A DNA stretch of 55,051 nucleotides, filler included, from Bipalium vagum (Eukaryota): NCBI GenBank assembly GCA_037834085.1. It is 3 parts of 3 records of this genome, joined end to end, with 100 filler letters (N's around TTAATTAATTAA, not from the genome) between each part and the next. Parts side by side here need not be neighbours in the genome. Positions count along the whole stretch, not along the records: positions 16,997 to 33,451 come from JBBMKC010110587.1; positions 33,552 to 55,051 come from JBBMKC010234492.1; 1 more part is not named here. One strand, written 5' to 3'. Shown one piece after another: positions 25,249 to 40,200 of this stretch. Every line of letters starts with the position of its first letter. Within the stretch, counting starts at the first letter, position 1. Position numbers and translations under genes: made by a program. The notes beneath the pieces were generated by a model that saw only the letters and a program-made list of their open reading frames with translations, had not been told where the DNA came from and searched no databases.

Positions 25249-27017
25249 AGATTATACACGGTTTGGTATCCTTAATGGGAAAATTCTTTTCAATATCCAG
25301 GATTTTTAAAGTATTTCGATAAATACCTTGTTACTCATTTACTTTTTTAACAGTGGTAAAAATTGTATAATGGTTTTTAAATTGATTTACTTGTTTTCTG
25401 AACATTAGGTTCATAAGCTTTATAACAGTGTTCTAATTTTAATAATTGGTAAAAAATATTTTTTTTGACCGATCGATTGCATCAAGTATATGTTTTGACA
25501 GATGTTATATAAATAATCAACTTTTTCCTGTTGATAATAAAGAAATGTATATTAAATTAATAAACAGCATATTGCTGTGTGTTCCATCCGATGCAATGCT
25601 ATTTTTAAGAGAAAACATTCTGCTTATTACTATCAGGTAATTTATAATACTTATGTTACTCTTAAAATTAATCCTTTTGGATAAATGTCTAAAATTGCTC
25701 ACATCCAAAGAATTGAATCGATTTTGGGGAAACTGAAGACTAAGATCTTGTCAATGAAGGGCGTCTTAGGAATCATATCTTTATGAATGGCAGCAAAATA
25801 TTCAATCGAGGAATTGTCAATCGATTTTTTATTTAATAAATTTGTAAATAAAAAATTATTTATTTATTTTTTACTATTTTTGTTTCTTTTTAAAGTATCA
25901 TTTTTGATCGATCGATTACATCAATTATCTTTTTAGACCGAGTCGGTCAAAAAAACATGATCCAAATAATCTATATTTATAAGTTCTTTGTCCAATAAAA
26001 TTTAATTTAAAAAAATAATCAAAAATAATTTGGTTTTGGTAATTTTTCAAAAATAATTTTCCATTATTAATCGAATTCTGACAAAATCAATTTATTTAAT
26101 AGATATTTTATATTTTTAATATAGAGATTTCATTGAATGATATTTTCCTTGAATTCTTTTTAGCCTTTCTTCGACGTATAAATGATGAAATGGAAATAAT
26201 AAAAATCCAACGAAAGACTTTTGGTTATAGTAGGAAAATATTTCTTAAACTGCTTAACTTCCAAACTTATTTTTTTAATTTATCAATGTGGATTATCGGA
26301 TTCATTAACAAATGGCATATGTAGACCTTTTTCAATTAATATTTCACAAACAAATGGTTACATTCCAAATTCTAATTTTCTGTGTGACGACTTTTAAAAG
26401 CCATGTAACATTTAACTTTGTACAATAACAGTAACAAATAAATGTTTTTATTGTGATAAATGTCTCAGTTAAGCAACGAGACTTCCCACTAGGATGTATT
26501 CATTTCTTTGGAAATATATTTATAATAACGTCCCTATGGCGTCTCAAACTTGGAGACTTACCAATGAGGTCATAACCATAGAAGGTGAAAAATTATATTC
26601 ATCATTTTTCAAAGTTGAATATTATACAGATAAAGTATTAGGACTAAGATTGGATAAAAGGAAAGAAATTAATTTCTAGATTTGTAATTAATCCATATTT
26701 TTTTTATGATATCAATTATGTCATGTAAATTAAAAATGTTAATTAAAAGTGTTCGGCTAACAAATTGAAAAAAATTCCTTTAATTTTTTTATGATATTAT
26801 GAAAAATTACATTTGGCACCTATTTATAAATTTTGTTTGAACTGATGATATTATCGAAATAATTGAACGAATTTTGTTATGTCCATGTGTAGCCATAATA
26901 TATTACATTCAATTAATAATCTAATTATGGAAATAAATTACTGAACACAATCTAATTTAATTGGTATTTGGAAATTTTTAATTGTATCTAATAAAATAAG
27001 AAATGAACTTTGAAGCA

Positions 27018-27160
27018 NNNNNNNNNNNNNNNNNNNNNNNNNNNNNNNNNNNNNNNNNNNNNNNNNNNNNNNNNNNNNNNNNNNNNNNNNNNNNNNNNNN
27101 NNNNNNNNNNNNNNNNNNNNNNNNNNNNNNNNNNNNNNNNNNNNNNNNNNNNNNNNNNNN
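27018..27160. other. Sized scaffold gap (143 N, no linker)
   Basis: Directly visible. Confidence 0.95.
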
Positions 27161-27689
27161 ATATTCTTTAGTTAAAGAAAGAAATTTGAAAAATATACAA
27201 TTCAAAATACATTTAATTTAAATCATTTCACAGGACAGGTGAAATAGATAATTTTTAATTAATAATTGAGAGAAATTGAATAAATAAAAATTATATTTTA
27301 TAGGGTAAGTCAAATAAGCATAATTTTTTGATGAAAGATAAAATATCCACTTTAGTTCATTAGTTGTATAATTTTATTATCATTATTATTGTATTCATCA
27401 TTTAAAATAAAGGTATTTTAATAAAATGCACTTTTTAAATATTCTTTATTTTTATTAAAGTTAAATTGAAAGGGTTTATATTATATTAGTAAAATCATTA
27501 GTATATCATTAGTAAAATGAAAAAAATTTTATTTCTAATTATTAAATTAAAAATGTTTTTTTAAAATTATTTTCAATCTTAATATGCTTGGATGCAAGGT
27601 GCTTATTAAGTATGTTAACATAATTTATTTTGAAATTACAATTGATAAAATTTAAATGTAAATTTGTTTAAATGGATGAAAAATATTAT

Positions 27690-28320
27690 GAGGGTTCATT
27701 AATATTAGACTTTTTAAACCCTTCATATATTTATTTTATGAAAAATAAACACATAAAATCAATAAAATCATTTTCCATCGTTAAAAATGACTTTCTCTCA
27801 TAACTCTGGTAACATGGATATTCCGCGTCGATAAAATGATTTTGAATTGCAAATCTTCTGGAGAATGTGTCATTGACTTGAATTAATGAAAATCTGTTGC
27901 AGCTATGTCCTGGAGAGAACGTTGGTTGCGAAAGGATTTTCCATTCCAAGTCTTAGTGTTTGGTTGACGATTAAAGAAAGATGCGGTTTGACCTTGTCAT
28001 GAAATAGAATGATTGTGTTTATTGCTGGCTATTACAGGTCTTGTTTTAATTAATAAATTATGTAATCTATTTAGTTAATGTTGATTTCGTTCCCCCGTAT
28101 GTGTTTTCTTAGATTTCAAAAGTTTATGGTACAGAATACCTCCCATCTCCCACCAAATACAAGGTATAACTTTCTTATTATAATTATTTTTTTGCAGTGA
28201 ACTTTGATGTTCATCCTGGATTAACCAATAGCTTCTGCACAGCATCCAGTGACCTTGCAAATTTCATGAAAATATTTAACTGTTGTTTCAGTAATAATCC
28301 ATTCCGATAATAGTTCATGA
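27690..28320 (-). mobile_element. Decayed mariner transposase
   Basis: KKVIPCIWWEMGGILYHKLLK, FHDKVKPH, and WKILSQPTFSP (cf. WEILPHPPYSPDLAP), spread over frameshifts. Confidence 0.75.
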
Positions 28321-28332
28321 ATTTAGGTCAAC

Positions 28333-28371
<39 letters not shown>

Positions 28372-31300
28372 TTTAGAATCTTTTTAAATGTGGTTGATTT
28401 TGAAAGGTAGTATCTATTTCATTGATTTTTTAATCAAATCAGTTCATCACGAAGGATCTTCTCAACCTTTAATATTAATTTGATTGCTTCACTTTCCCAT
28501 AATGTTTTCAGTGAATTAAAGTTTCTATTTTTTCTTACTCTTTCTTAATAATTTTTAAATCAGGAGAATAAGAGGTATTTCATTGACTCTACATTTTTTA
28601 GTGTATTCAAAATCGATGGTTTGACAGATCCTATGACAAGCTCTGTTGTTATGATGAAGAATAAATTTCTGATTTCGATTATTCTCTTTAATTCTTAAAT
28701 CATACACCAATGATTAAAAGTTTCGAAATCCCTAACGCAAAGAATAAAATTTGAAAATTCCAGTCTTATTCCAGTTTTATTTCTTTTATATAATGATTTT
28801 GATGTACTGTTTTTAAGTTAAAACATTAAAATAATTTTTATTATGATTACCTTAAAACTATTTTTACACTGAAAATCATAATATTTAATTTTCGTTGATG
28901 TAACCAGCTTTTGCTTTGATGACCCCGACTCATATTTTAGGTAATTTCTCGAAAATCTTATCTAGTTCCAAGCATAAATGAAAAATTAATACATAAAATA
29001 TTTGCGTAAAATTATATTATATGACGTCAATCTTGATTTTTCATTTTTTCATTATGGATTTTCAAACTTTTGACCAGTAGTATATGTGGTAAGTAAACTC
29101 CTGATACCATTCAGTATTAATAATTCTTTGATTCTCCAAAGTTATCGTTGTCACGTCCTTTGACAAATAAGTAATTGTCGTTTGCAACACTACGGGAGCG
29201 ACTTTGTTTTAGTTTAAATTCCTTTTTACTAAAATGCTAAATGAAGTCGATCTAGGTATGATTTCGGTGTAAGGCCACATTTAAAATCATAGTTAATCAT
29301 CCAAAGACAATCTTCTCGTAAAAGTTTCATATTTTATATTTCATTTCAATTTCAAATGTTTACTTATTTAAAGTAAATAATTAATTTTGATTTCATCAAA
29401 TGGATTTTAGTAAATCAATATCAAGTTTTATGACAGTCAGTCATATAACTTTGATATAACTTAAAGAATCGGACAAGTGCACTCCTCCACTGGAATTACC
29501 AAAGAAAACCCAATTCCAAAACAAATGTTTCTGAGGTTACTGATTAATTCTTGAAAAAGATCAACTCGAAATGGATTTCTATGTACAAAGCCCATGCTAT
29601 ACAGATGATACACAATGGTGCTTTGGGAATGGCAAAGAAACTCTCTCAGCTTGCTAGTGCTGGTACTAGACTACTGCTCTACAAGATCCCGAAATGTCTG
29701 CTTCTTAATCACTGATGGCTGTTCTGGATGTTCCTGATCTTCAAGATTCGTATTTCTAAATTTGAAGTGACGAAATCACCATTGCGTTGTGTTTACCTTG
29801 ATAAAATCCTTGCTTTCAAAGTCGCAGATTTTTCTAGTCAAAGCTGCTTTTTTCAGTAATTTTTTAATAATATTTGAACTACTGTTTTTCATCAATCATT
29901 TTAAAATATAACATAATTTAACATAGTTTTTAAATATTGTATTTTAAAGCGTACATAGATTCAGCTTTTCAGTAGATTTAAAATAATACCAAAATTTTTA
30001 TGTAAATCTAAAATTGAGATGATGTAGTTAAACAAATACTTAAGATAACTAAAAATGAAAAACTATTGACTCACCCTGGTATATTGGGTAAAAATCTGTT
30101 TTAATATGTGCTTTAAAAGATTTTATTTATTTATTTTCCTAAATCAGTTGAATTTTTTGCTTTATCTAAGAATTTAATAAATAATTTATTACAAATTTTC
30201 AAAAACGATAAAGATTTAGTCTAATTGTCGCTTGGTTTTCATATTTCTCTCTTAAATTTATCTGTAGAATTTTAGGAAAGATTTTTTATAAATTTTTAAA
30301 AAAATGGTCTCCAAACTCAAAAAGGAAAGATTAAAAAATTGTGTAATTTCCAATAACTTGCACAACTTATTTCTTAAATTAATAATATTGATATAGGATA
30401 CAATTTTTGCATCATAAAGCAGAAATATTTAAGGAAATAGTGTAATTCTCAATTTCATTGAGCCCATGAATGAGATGATTTTAAACTTTTAATTACAGAA
30501 ACAAATAGTAGTCTTACAGTGAGACTGGATGTAATAATAGGGAGGATGTGACTTGAATTTTTCCTTTCTTTATTAACTAATTGATACCGACTGACTTAAG
30601 TGCTCAAGGTGTGTCCTGTAGTTTCTTCCAGGGTTAACTACGAATCTTTTTATATCAGTTGATAAGATAAATCCTTATCAAACAAAATTTCACAACCAAG
30701 ATCGTACATCAACCAAAAAATTTATAATGCATCCAAAACCTGTTAGACCGATTTATTTTACTGTATTTTGTAAAATTTCAAAAGTTCTTCAACTTTTTGG
30801 TTGAAGCTTACAATCATATTCAATGAAACATGCTCTTTGTTAAGAACTTATTCCAAAATACTATGACAAATCGCTGCACCAATTGCGTCCTCCAATTCAA
30901 CCCCCTTTTTTTTCTTAAAATTTTGAAATTTTGCCATGTACACAATAGAGATAGATGCTTAAGATTTCTAAAATCATGTTAGTGATATTTTCATCTTTTA
31001 TAAATTCAATTTGGTCTCTTTTCAATAGAGTTCATTCAAAACCCCTGACGGTTACAAGAAGATCCAGTCATGGTAATTTTCTACAGAACTTTGAACCAAT
31101 ACAAGAAAACGGGGGCAAGAGATTTTATCCAAAGCGATATCATTTACCATTTCCATAGGTCAGAATCTGTTTTAAATCAGCATGTAAAAACTTTTAAAAA
31201 TTATTAACAACTATTTGCAAAGTTGTGAACTTTATCTAATCCCTTGTAACGGTCTGCCTGATTTTTCAATAAATAAATATTGTTTAGCTAAGGTAAATTT

Positions 31301-31602
31301 AATTAAAGTAAATGTTTCATTTCAGAATTTTAACAAATTAACAATGGTAAATTGAACATAAATTTATCGAAATTTTCACATGGTACACCTAACAGTTTGA
31401 AACAGGTTATTTATTTTATAATAATAATAAATATAAGTAAAAAATATAAATAATAAATAAATATATAATATTTTATTAAATTCTTTATAATTACAAGACC
31501 TTATATCCTTTAATAAAATGTCAAAGGTTCATAATCAAATTTAAAAGGGATAATCAATAATATATTTATTTATTCTAAAAATTTAATTTAATGATTTACA
31601 TA

Positions 31603-31826
31603 TTGGGTTGTTCGGAAAGTCACTTTGCATTTTTTATTAAAAAGTAAGACCAAAAATTTCATTAGTAATAATATTCTAATCGATGATGTATTGTCCATTT
31701 TGTTCCAAGACCTTCTGCCATTTACCAAACAATTTGAATATCCCAACCTTTAAAATGACTTAAGTTCTTTCAATTAAGATTTATAGATAATTATAATAAA
31801 GCGAAATGATTTTCCGAAAAGCCCAA
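31603..31826 (-). mobile_element. 224-bp mariner-derived MITE
   Basis: Imperfect TIRs TTGGGTTGTTCGGAAAGTCA / TTGGGCTTTTCGGAAAATCA with TA on both sides. Internal GIFKLFGKWQKVLEQNGQYIID* is the mariner C-terminus. Confidence 0.85.
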
Positions 31827-33451
31827 TATTTTTCATATTTCAGTACTTCCAAAAATCTGCATTTTCACCTCAAAAAAATTATTATTAAATATTATTAAAA
31901 CAATTGTGTCCTTGTTATGTTACATTAAATAATAATAATTAATAATAAACCTCAAAAGAATATAAATAATCTTATAATAATAATATTTTATTTCGAAACT
32001 TTTGTTGAAATTCAGAGAAAATATAATAATAAATTATTGAAAAAAGATTATCAAAACATTAATAAAATAAAACCTTGGCTTAATAATGTAGCGAAAAAGT
32101 TTTAATGAGTTTATATCTAAATAGAGAATTCATTTTTCTTTGAATTAATAATAATAATAGTAATTCTAATAATAATAATTATTATTATTGTTATGATTGT
32201 GACAAAAAGAAAAATAAGAATATCATATCTTTGATACCACGGAACAGTTAGCTATAACAACAATGAATTAACAATAGAATTTACAATAGTCAATTGTATA
32301 TGGAAAAACATCTTCACCATGAACTGGCTTTACCAAATTTCTAATTAACAATCACCAAACAATTTATTATCAGTCCAAACAATTAAAATAAAAACCAATT
32401 TTCTGGTATTCAGAGATCCCCAAACGCCACTAATAACAAAGCATTGTTGCAGTATCATCGATAATTGTCTTCAGTTCCGACAAACCTAGCACTAATGATC
32501 CTATGACTGCAGATTAATAGCTAATTTCCCCCACATTATGAAATAGGATTTGTCTGGTTATTTCTGTTGGAGCGTATCGTGATCTCTCGACACCAACCAT
32601 AATTGATTGAACATTTACAAAATCATTTATCTGTTGGGAACATCCGCCAATTTTTAATAACAATCAAATAAATGCCTAACGATTTGCTTCCCAATAGCAC
32701 ATTATCCCTTTCATGGTTAGCTTATGATCTGATGACTATGATAACCTAAAGCGGGACAGTTAAAAATTAAACTTTCTCTTTTCCAATGGTTCAATGAAAT
32801 ATTTTATGTTCATTGGAAAACTTTATCAAATTTTGTAGGAACAATAAAAATTAATTCAATTTTTAGATTATTTTCTAAACATTTTTGATGTTCCATTTAA
32901 AAAATCAAGAAAGAAAAAATATTTAGAAAAAATTATTTTTCCATTATAATTAGAAATAATTTTTCATTATTTTATAAAAAAATGCGTTTAAAAATTATAA
33001 AAATGTGAACCTTTTTGTTTATCATTAAAAAGGAATTTTTATTATTTTTCGGTAAATAAAATATCAAAATCGATAATTGTTAAAAATTATTTTTGATTAA
33101 TGATAGATATCAGATAATTATCAATTAAAGAAATATTTTATAATAATAATTAAAAACATGACAAATTATTTTTTTTTCATTAAAAAAAATAAAATGATTA
33201 TATTTCATAAATTTTTTCCGCAAATATGACTGAAAAATAAATGTTTGTGAAAAAAAATAATACTTTTTTATGAATAAAAAATCTTTAATTTTTATAAATT
33301 TTATTCTAAATTTCTTTAATTAATAATATTTTTCATTTAAAAAATATTTTTACTGTTTAAATATTTACGTTTTAAAATTTAAAGTTTAAAAATATATCTT
33401 TATGGAATTAATGTGAAATATTATATATAAAAAAATAATAAAAATAGCACG

Positions 33452-33551
33452 NNNNNNNNNNNNNNNNNNNNNNNNNNNNNNNNNNNNNNNNNNNNTTAAT
33501 TAATTAANNNNNNNNNNNNNNNNNNNNNNNNNNNNNNNNNNNNNNNNNNNN
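33452..33551. other. Assembly spacer (44 N + TTAATTAATTAA + 44 N)
   Basis: Exactly 100 bp, linker at 33496-33507. Confidence 0.95.
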
Positions 33552-33685
33552 GATATAAAGCGAGGTGATATTAAGCGGGCAAAAGTCTATTACTTTATTG
33601 GGGTTAGATAAATGTTTTTCGTTGTACCATGATATTAAACAGGTCGTGATATTAAGCGAGGTGATATTAAACGGGTTACACTGTA
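33552..33685. mobile_element. pogo/Tigger-type element end with subterminal repeats
   Basis: Four copies of (GT)GATATTAA(G/A)C, terminating ...GGGTTACACTG-TA. Confidence 0.6.
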
Positions 33686-34212
33686 GTAAAACGCAACCGA
33701 AACTTTAACAATGTTGTTGATTTTAAAAAGGCTATATGATATTGTTGGGATGATATTGACATAAATATCACAAGAAACTTGGTGTTATCCCTGAAAAAAC
33801 GTATTTTTAAGGCAAACAGAGATCAAACAGGATATTAAAGTTCAAAAATAACTAAATTATATATGATGTTAGTAAATATAAATGTAATGGAAATAATTTT
33901 GTTTCGCTGTTAAAATAAAAAAATTATTAAATATATGTTTTGGAGATTGGCCTTGTTTGATCTCTTTATAACCTTTATGCACTTACAAAAAAGTTCGCTA
34001 TATTTAAATATATATATATACCAAATTTCTTCAAAGAATTTTCAAAAAAAGGTATGAAGTAATTCAATTTTGTCCACTAAATTTACAACCACTGTTCCAT
34101 CAGATAATAAGCACGTGATCGATTTTTCATAAAAGCGAAAACCACATTTGTATAATAGAAAATTAATTCTTCTCATTTGTACACCAACAAACAGGACGTA
34201 TTTAAAAATTAC

Positions 34213-37200
34213 TTTTTAATCCATATCAGAACAGCCAATATCCAAGACAATTGATAGAACAAGAGGTTTGTCACAGAATTAGTAGAGGATGAAGAGGGAG
34301 GCAGTGACGACGTCGGATTTTCCTTCTTGTCATTCAGTGTCATAACTGAATTTGATATTTTGCCCCATTGCCACCATTTATTGATCATTGTGGTTTTTTC
34401 GTCAGCACTTGCAATAGGTAGAGACAAGTCCTCAAAATAGTCATCGTTACACGAGATCTAATGACAAATGTTGAATAGAGAAAGTAAAAAATGAATTTCG
34501 TTCGTAAAATATTGATAAATTTTTGAAAATTAATATCAGGTTGAACGTAAAGTTCTGGCCAAATTTTAAACAAAAATAAAAACCAAAAAATTTTTAACAA
34601 AGATATTTATTTAATCCAAAATATAATTTCCATTATTTTCAACAACTTGTCTCCATCTATCTGGTAAACCGTCGATACCTCTAGCCAAAAAATTTGGACT
34701 CGAAGAAAGTCACAAGAACCGATTTAACATCCCTCGAATGATCTCTGGTCCAGATAATTTTGTAAGGTACGAAATAAATAGTAGTCCGAAGGAGCAATGT
34801 AAGGCGAATATGGAGGGTGATTAAGAACTTCCCAACCCAGTTCATGTACCTTCCGATGGATTTTGATTGCAACGTGTGGCCTTGCAGTATCATGGTTTAG
34901 AATAACACCCTCTCGATTGACTAAATTCGCAAATTTATTTCGTATTTCAAATGATAATCACCAAATAGAAATCATAGTCTTTTTTGCATGGATATTCGGT
35001 TTTGATGTGGTAGGAACTGGTTCACCTGGTAAGACATAGGCTCTTTTTACGCGTGACAAATCAATTTTACTTCTCCGGTTATCAATCTGTCAAAAAATGG
35101 CTGTTTTTGCATATCGTAAAAGGAGAGAACATTTAAAAACACGATCCATTTTGTTTTTTTCTGTGAGATCATGAGGTTATCATTTAGATCATTTTTGAAT
35201 AAATCCTAGTTTATAAATATTGATTGTAATAGCTGTTTGTGAAACTTGAAGTCTCTTCGCTAATTCTCTTGTAGTAGAAAATGAGTCTGCTCTTAATTCA
35301 GACTTCAAGATGGCGTCATCAACAACAGAAGGCCTGTCTGAACGTGGTTTATCTTCCAAGCTGAAATTTCCATTTTGGAATTTTAGAAACCAGAACCGAA
35401 CTGTTCTATTTTTTACAGTTTCCTTTCCGAATACATCTTGCAAATTTTTAGTTGCCTCAGTCGAACTGCTCTTCTTCTGAAATTCGTACAAGACAGTATC
35501 TTATATGTTCTTTGTCAACATTCATTTTAGCGCTTAAAAAAATAGAAAGATAATTCAGATAAACAAGTGATTTCTTTATTAATATAATTTAATACATTAC
35601 TCATTAAATGATAATATATAAGTTTATTGTAATGTATCAGAACATTTTTTATTTGAGTTATAACATAATATTAAAAATTGGCAAGAACTTTACGTTTAAC
35701 CTAATACTTTACAAGTATTTGAAAATATTATAAATAAAAGAAAAAAATAATCTTGGGAACTTATTTGTTCAGCGATTTATAGAAGGAAATAATAATTGCG
35801 ATTTATTGTTTTTTTATGTTTAACACAAACATCAACCTTCAGAATTTAAATATACAGTAAAGCACGGATGTAAAAGAGAATGCAGGGGATAATGAATTTT
35901 TTTTACACCCGGGTTCAGGAAGACATAATAATTTTGTTCGATAACGATTATTTTACGCTATGAGTCAAATCAAATAAAAAGTAATATAATAATACAGTAA
36001 TTTTATTGCAATCCAAAATAATGCGAGATCTTTGACTGATTCTGCATAACACATTTCAATCTGTTTTTTTAGATTATGGACTGATCGTTTTACTTAATTT
36101 TGATTGGCTTTTGTTATCGCTTCAACTATTTGAATCTTCAGTTCTTCGAAACTCTCGTGATGTAAAATAATTGTAAACTCCAAAAATAGTAGTTTAGTGA
36201 AGATAAGTGTGTTGGCCAATTTTGAGGGAATTCCCTTGAAATTATTCGCTCATCTGGGAAAACAGAGCTCAAGAATTTTTTTCTACATTAGATTAATATG
36301 GAGTTGCACCATCTTGTTGTTAGAGTGCCGATGACAAAAACCATTTTTGTATAGCATAGAAATGCAGCATCTCATAATAATTCTTGCTATTTACTATCTA
36401 AGAAAAGGAAAACAGTATCAAACTGTATTCCACTGAATAACCAAACCACGTGCAAACTTTAGGTGAATGATTTCATGACTTAAATTTTGTTACGGTTTTA
36501 GAATTCCAATTTATAAAATTATACCTATTAACTATTCCACATAACGTGAAATACGATTCATCTGACCATAACACATCATCCAAATTAATTACATAAACCT
36601 TATTGCATAAAAATAAGCTTGACAAAATCCAAGCGCTTTTCTTAGTTATATTTTCTGATGTTTTTGCTTTTCTGCAGGGATTTAAACAGAGCTCACCACT
36701 GAGAATACGATGAACACTACTACGTGATATTTCAGTAGGTATACCAACTGAGCTAGTCACACCAAATTGATTGTTGACATGTTGTCTGTTGTGTTCATCT
36801 TCGACATTGACTCATTCTTTCTCCAAACTAGGCTTACCAGAACGATGTCTATCAGTCACCTATCTTGTTTCTTGAAATCTTTTGATTAATCTGGTAATAG
36901 TTGTTACATGGGAAGCATCATTATACAATTTTACAGAAGTATGTAAGGACGAAGTGTAGCAACAAACACGTAAAACTATTCAAAATACAAACTACAAATC
37001 TTTGATTTTCTTCAACCAACTTGCGAGCATCTAGATCTGATTGTAGTACCAAGGTAGTTCTTCGAAGCGAAAAACTTATGACAAGCCTCCTCGACTTAAT
37101 CGAACGAATCAAAACGTCGACCGTACCAAAAGTGCTCCATCAAAATGTAAGCCGACATGGCACAACATTTATACCATTGGGCTTCTTTATACTTTTGATT

Positions 37201-40200
37201 GATCTTCTTAGCTACTGGGGATCGGCATGGTCCTAATAATATACTTTTTCGATTATTCAAAGCTGAGTACTTACTTTCAGCCTCTCATAGAAGCAATCTA
37301 ACTGTTGCCAGTAAAACTTCAAAGTACAAGATGCTCTCGAAATTCTATCAGTCAGAAATAAAAACTCGTGTAACTGATTGGCTATGTGGAAACCATTGCT
37401 TTTTTGAAGTTGACTAGATAGACCAACTTCTCATCGGATGTCAATATGTTTTACGATTTTGACGCGCTCTTTTGTCTGAACTTCAGTGAGTTCGTCTAAA
37501 TCTTGATCAGGCTTATTGTGCAAAATCAATCTGATGCTTGTGACGTAAGATCGTAGTTTGGTGAACACCAAAATCTTTTCCTAAATTACGACTGCACGAA
37601 AAATGCTTTTTATTCAAACCTGTCAACAAATCCCCGTTTATTAATATTGATTGCCACCTGCAGCTAGTATGGTCTTCAAAATTAAAATCACCTTCGATTA
37701 ACCACTGTCTCACTATTTTATTAGTTACTGTACCAGGACCTTCAATTGAACAAAAATCTATAATCGTTTTCTCTGTCTTCCATTGTAAACACACTTAAAT
37801 CAAAAGAATTTTAAAAATATTAGTATTATTAGCTAAATTAATTTAAATATAATTATATTAAAAATATTGCAATTGGTTTTTTGATAAATCAAAAAAATTA
37901 ATAAAAAGCAAATTATTTACGCGATATTTATACAAGAATTCTACCAGTAAGAAATATAGTAGGTCAGTACCTTACGAACTCACTCAAAGATGCATAAGGT
38001 CAAAATGTTACAAGTAGAATTTTGCGTGTCCTACAAATATTTGAAAAAAAATAGTTTTGGAAAACACATTTTTTGGAATAAAGTATTTTGAAAATACATA
38101 TTTTTGGAAAAATTTTTATTGGAAGTACATTTTTATGGAAAACATGATTTTAGAAAATTAAAAATATTGGAATAAAGTATTTTGGAAATACATATTTTTG
38201 GTAATTTGTTTTAAATTATTGATTTATTAATGTAATCATATTTTTTAATTTTATAATGTACCAAATATTACCTGAAGAAAAAACAGTATTGTTTGGATTA
38301 ATAAAAGTCGAAATAGAAGCGTTCCAATTATAAATGGTTTTACATGTATATTAAATAATAGTACTAATGGGGAGAAGAAATATTAGAAGAGAAGAATAAT
38401 ATTGGTACAGTAACTGCTGTGACTTCTGGAACTACTTTAGTAAGGTATAAAAAATATTCATAATCACCCGGAAGATGTTGAAACTGAAATTAGTTTAAAA
38501 ACTAGAGATCTCATCATTCAGAAAGTAAAAAATGACCCATTTAATGGCACAAAATCAATATATGATGAAGTTATCAATCAAATAACTGTATCATCTAACA
38601 TATCCAATGTACCAAGCTATACCTCAATAGCTACAACCATTTATAAACATAAACATGTTTATTATCCGATACAAGAAAAAAATTTATATTCTTTTATTTT
38701 TAATACAAAACATGATTATACATTGCACAATAAAAACTTTCTAATTTCAGATGTTAACAGAGGCAGAAGAATTTTACTGTTTGGTGATGTGTAATATATA
38801 AGAAAAGTGCTAAGACCTATAATTTATGAAATGTTTATAGATGGAACTTTTAAAAGTTCCGTATCTATTTTTTTATCAACTCTATATTATGTTATCTATG
38901 GAGATCAAACTTTTCCCATATTCTATATGCTTTCTTGCAGAATAGACCAACTCTACAAAGCAACAACAAAGAGGAATATCCATGTGAAGATCTTTCGGAT
39001 ACACCATGCGCTGTTAACATGGTTACAGAGACATATTCAGATCCGCTTGATCCAGAGTATGAGACCAGAAAATATAAAATTATTCAGCTTCATGAAAACG
39101 CTCAATCACACGCCACAAAAGAAATGCTATTTTAAAGGAAAAGATGTGTTAACAATTTAAATTGGAAGCTCTACTCTTTGGAGCTTATTCACCTGAATGT
39201 ACTTTTGGCTATCTAGTTTTTGGTCGATGCCCACTCACCTCGACGACCACCACTCTTTCGAAAAAAATTAAAAATTACTGACTGAACTTCAACCAAAAAT
39301 AAAGATTTTTTCATCCACGAAAAAATTATCTACCTCAAATTTTGAGTTAAGTCAAAGACAAAAGACAGGTGACTCTGAAAAATCGATATTGTTTCGGTTT
39401 ATATTTAAATGAAGGTAAAAATTACAAAAAGATTCACTTTCAAAATATACTTCCAAAGAAATTGATTGATGTTTTGTGAGTTTTAATTAAAGTAATTAAA
39501 ATCATGTTCAGTGACTGTATTATTATTTTTATTTAACCAAGAGATATTTGCAACCAGTGTCAACCGAAAAAATTATTTGAAATCTACGAAAATTGCTCTT
39601 TGAGCGATAGCACTATCTGGATCAATTTAAAAGCTGTCAAATGATAGATTGTGATTTGGCCAACAGAACAATGAAATCAAGGTTTGGTCATTAAGAGAGA
39701 GTCTCTGGATGTGATAGAAATTTTAAAAATTCTTCTGGACACTTGAAACTAATTTCAAAATCGAAAAATTTTTGTAAATGACATTAATTAACAGTCAAAG
39801 TGATCCTTGTCAAAACACACCCAGTGCATTATTCATAGATGACATTGGTAAATGAGTTACATATAATATTGAAAAGAATGTATAGGAAAAAGAATTTTTT
39901 AAAAATCAAACAGCTATTGTAACAAATTGCACTCATCGATTAATGAATATGAGCAAATAAATCTGTAAATAGAAATTGGAAGGAAAAACACTTAGAATCA
40001 GGTATTTTATTATCCACTAAAAGAAACTTTGCAAAAAGTTGTAATAGAAAATTGAAATGCTCTCTTAATCTTGTTCCTTGTCTTCGAAAATGACAATTAT
40101 TTAGTTCAAAAAACATTTTAAAATTATATAAAAATCTTTGAGACAAAAAATTTTCGAAAACACGTAATATCGATTATCTATTTCGTTATTTATATACATT

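Noticed and set aside
26130-26480. Cys-rich stretch as the missing USP20/33 DUSP exons
   Set aside because: Wrong strand, several in-frame stops and no DUSP motif; more likely a decayed transposase tail.
34209-34427. ORF ending in a Ser-rich spacer and hydrophobic tail, resembling a GPI-anchor signal
   Set aside because: It is an internal USP20/33 exon (FEDLSLPI motif) with a donor at 34213/34212 before the apparent stop.
38040-38200. Short repeat array as CRISPR-like
   Set aside because: Eukaryotic context, no unique spacers, and it abuts a MULE transposase relic, so these are subterminal repeats.
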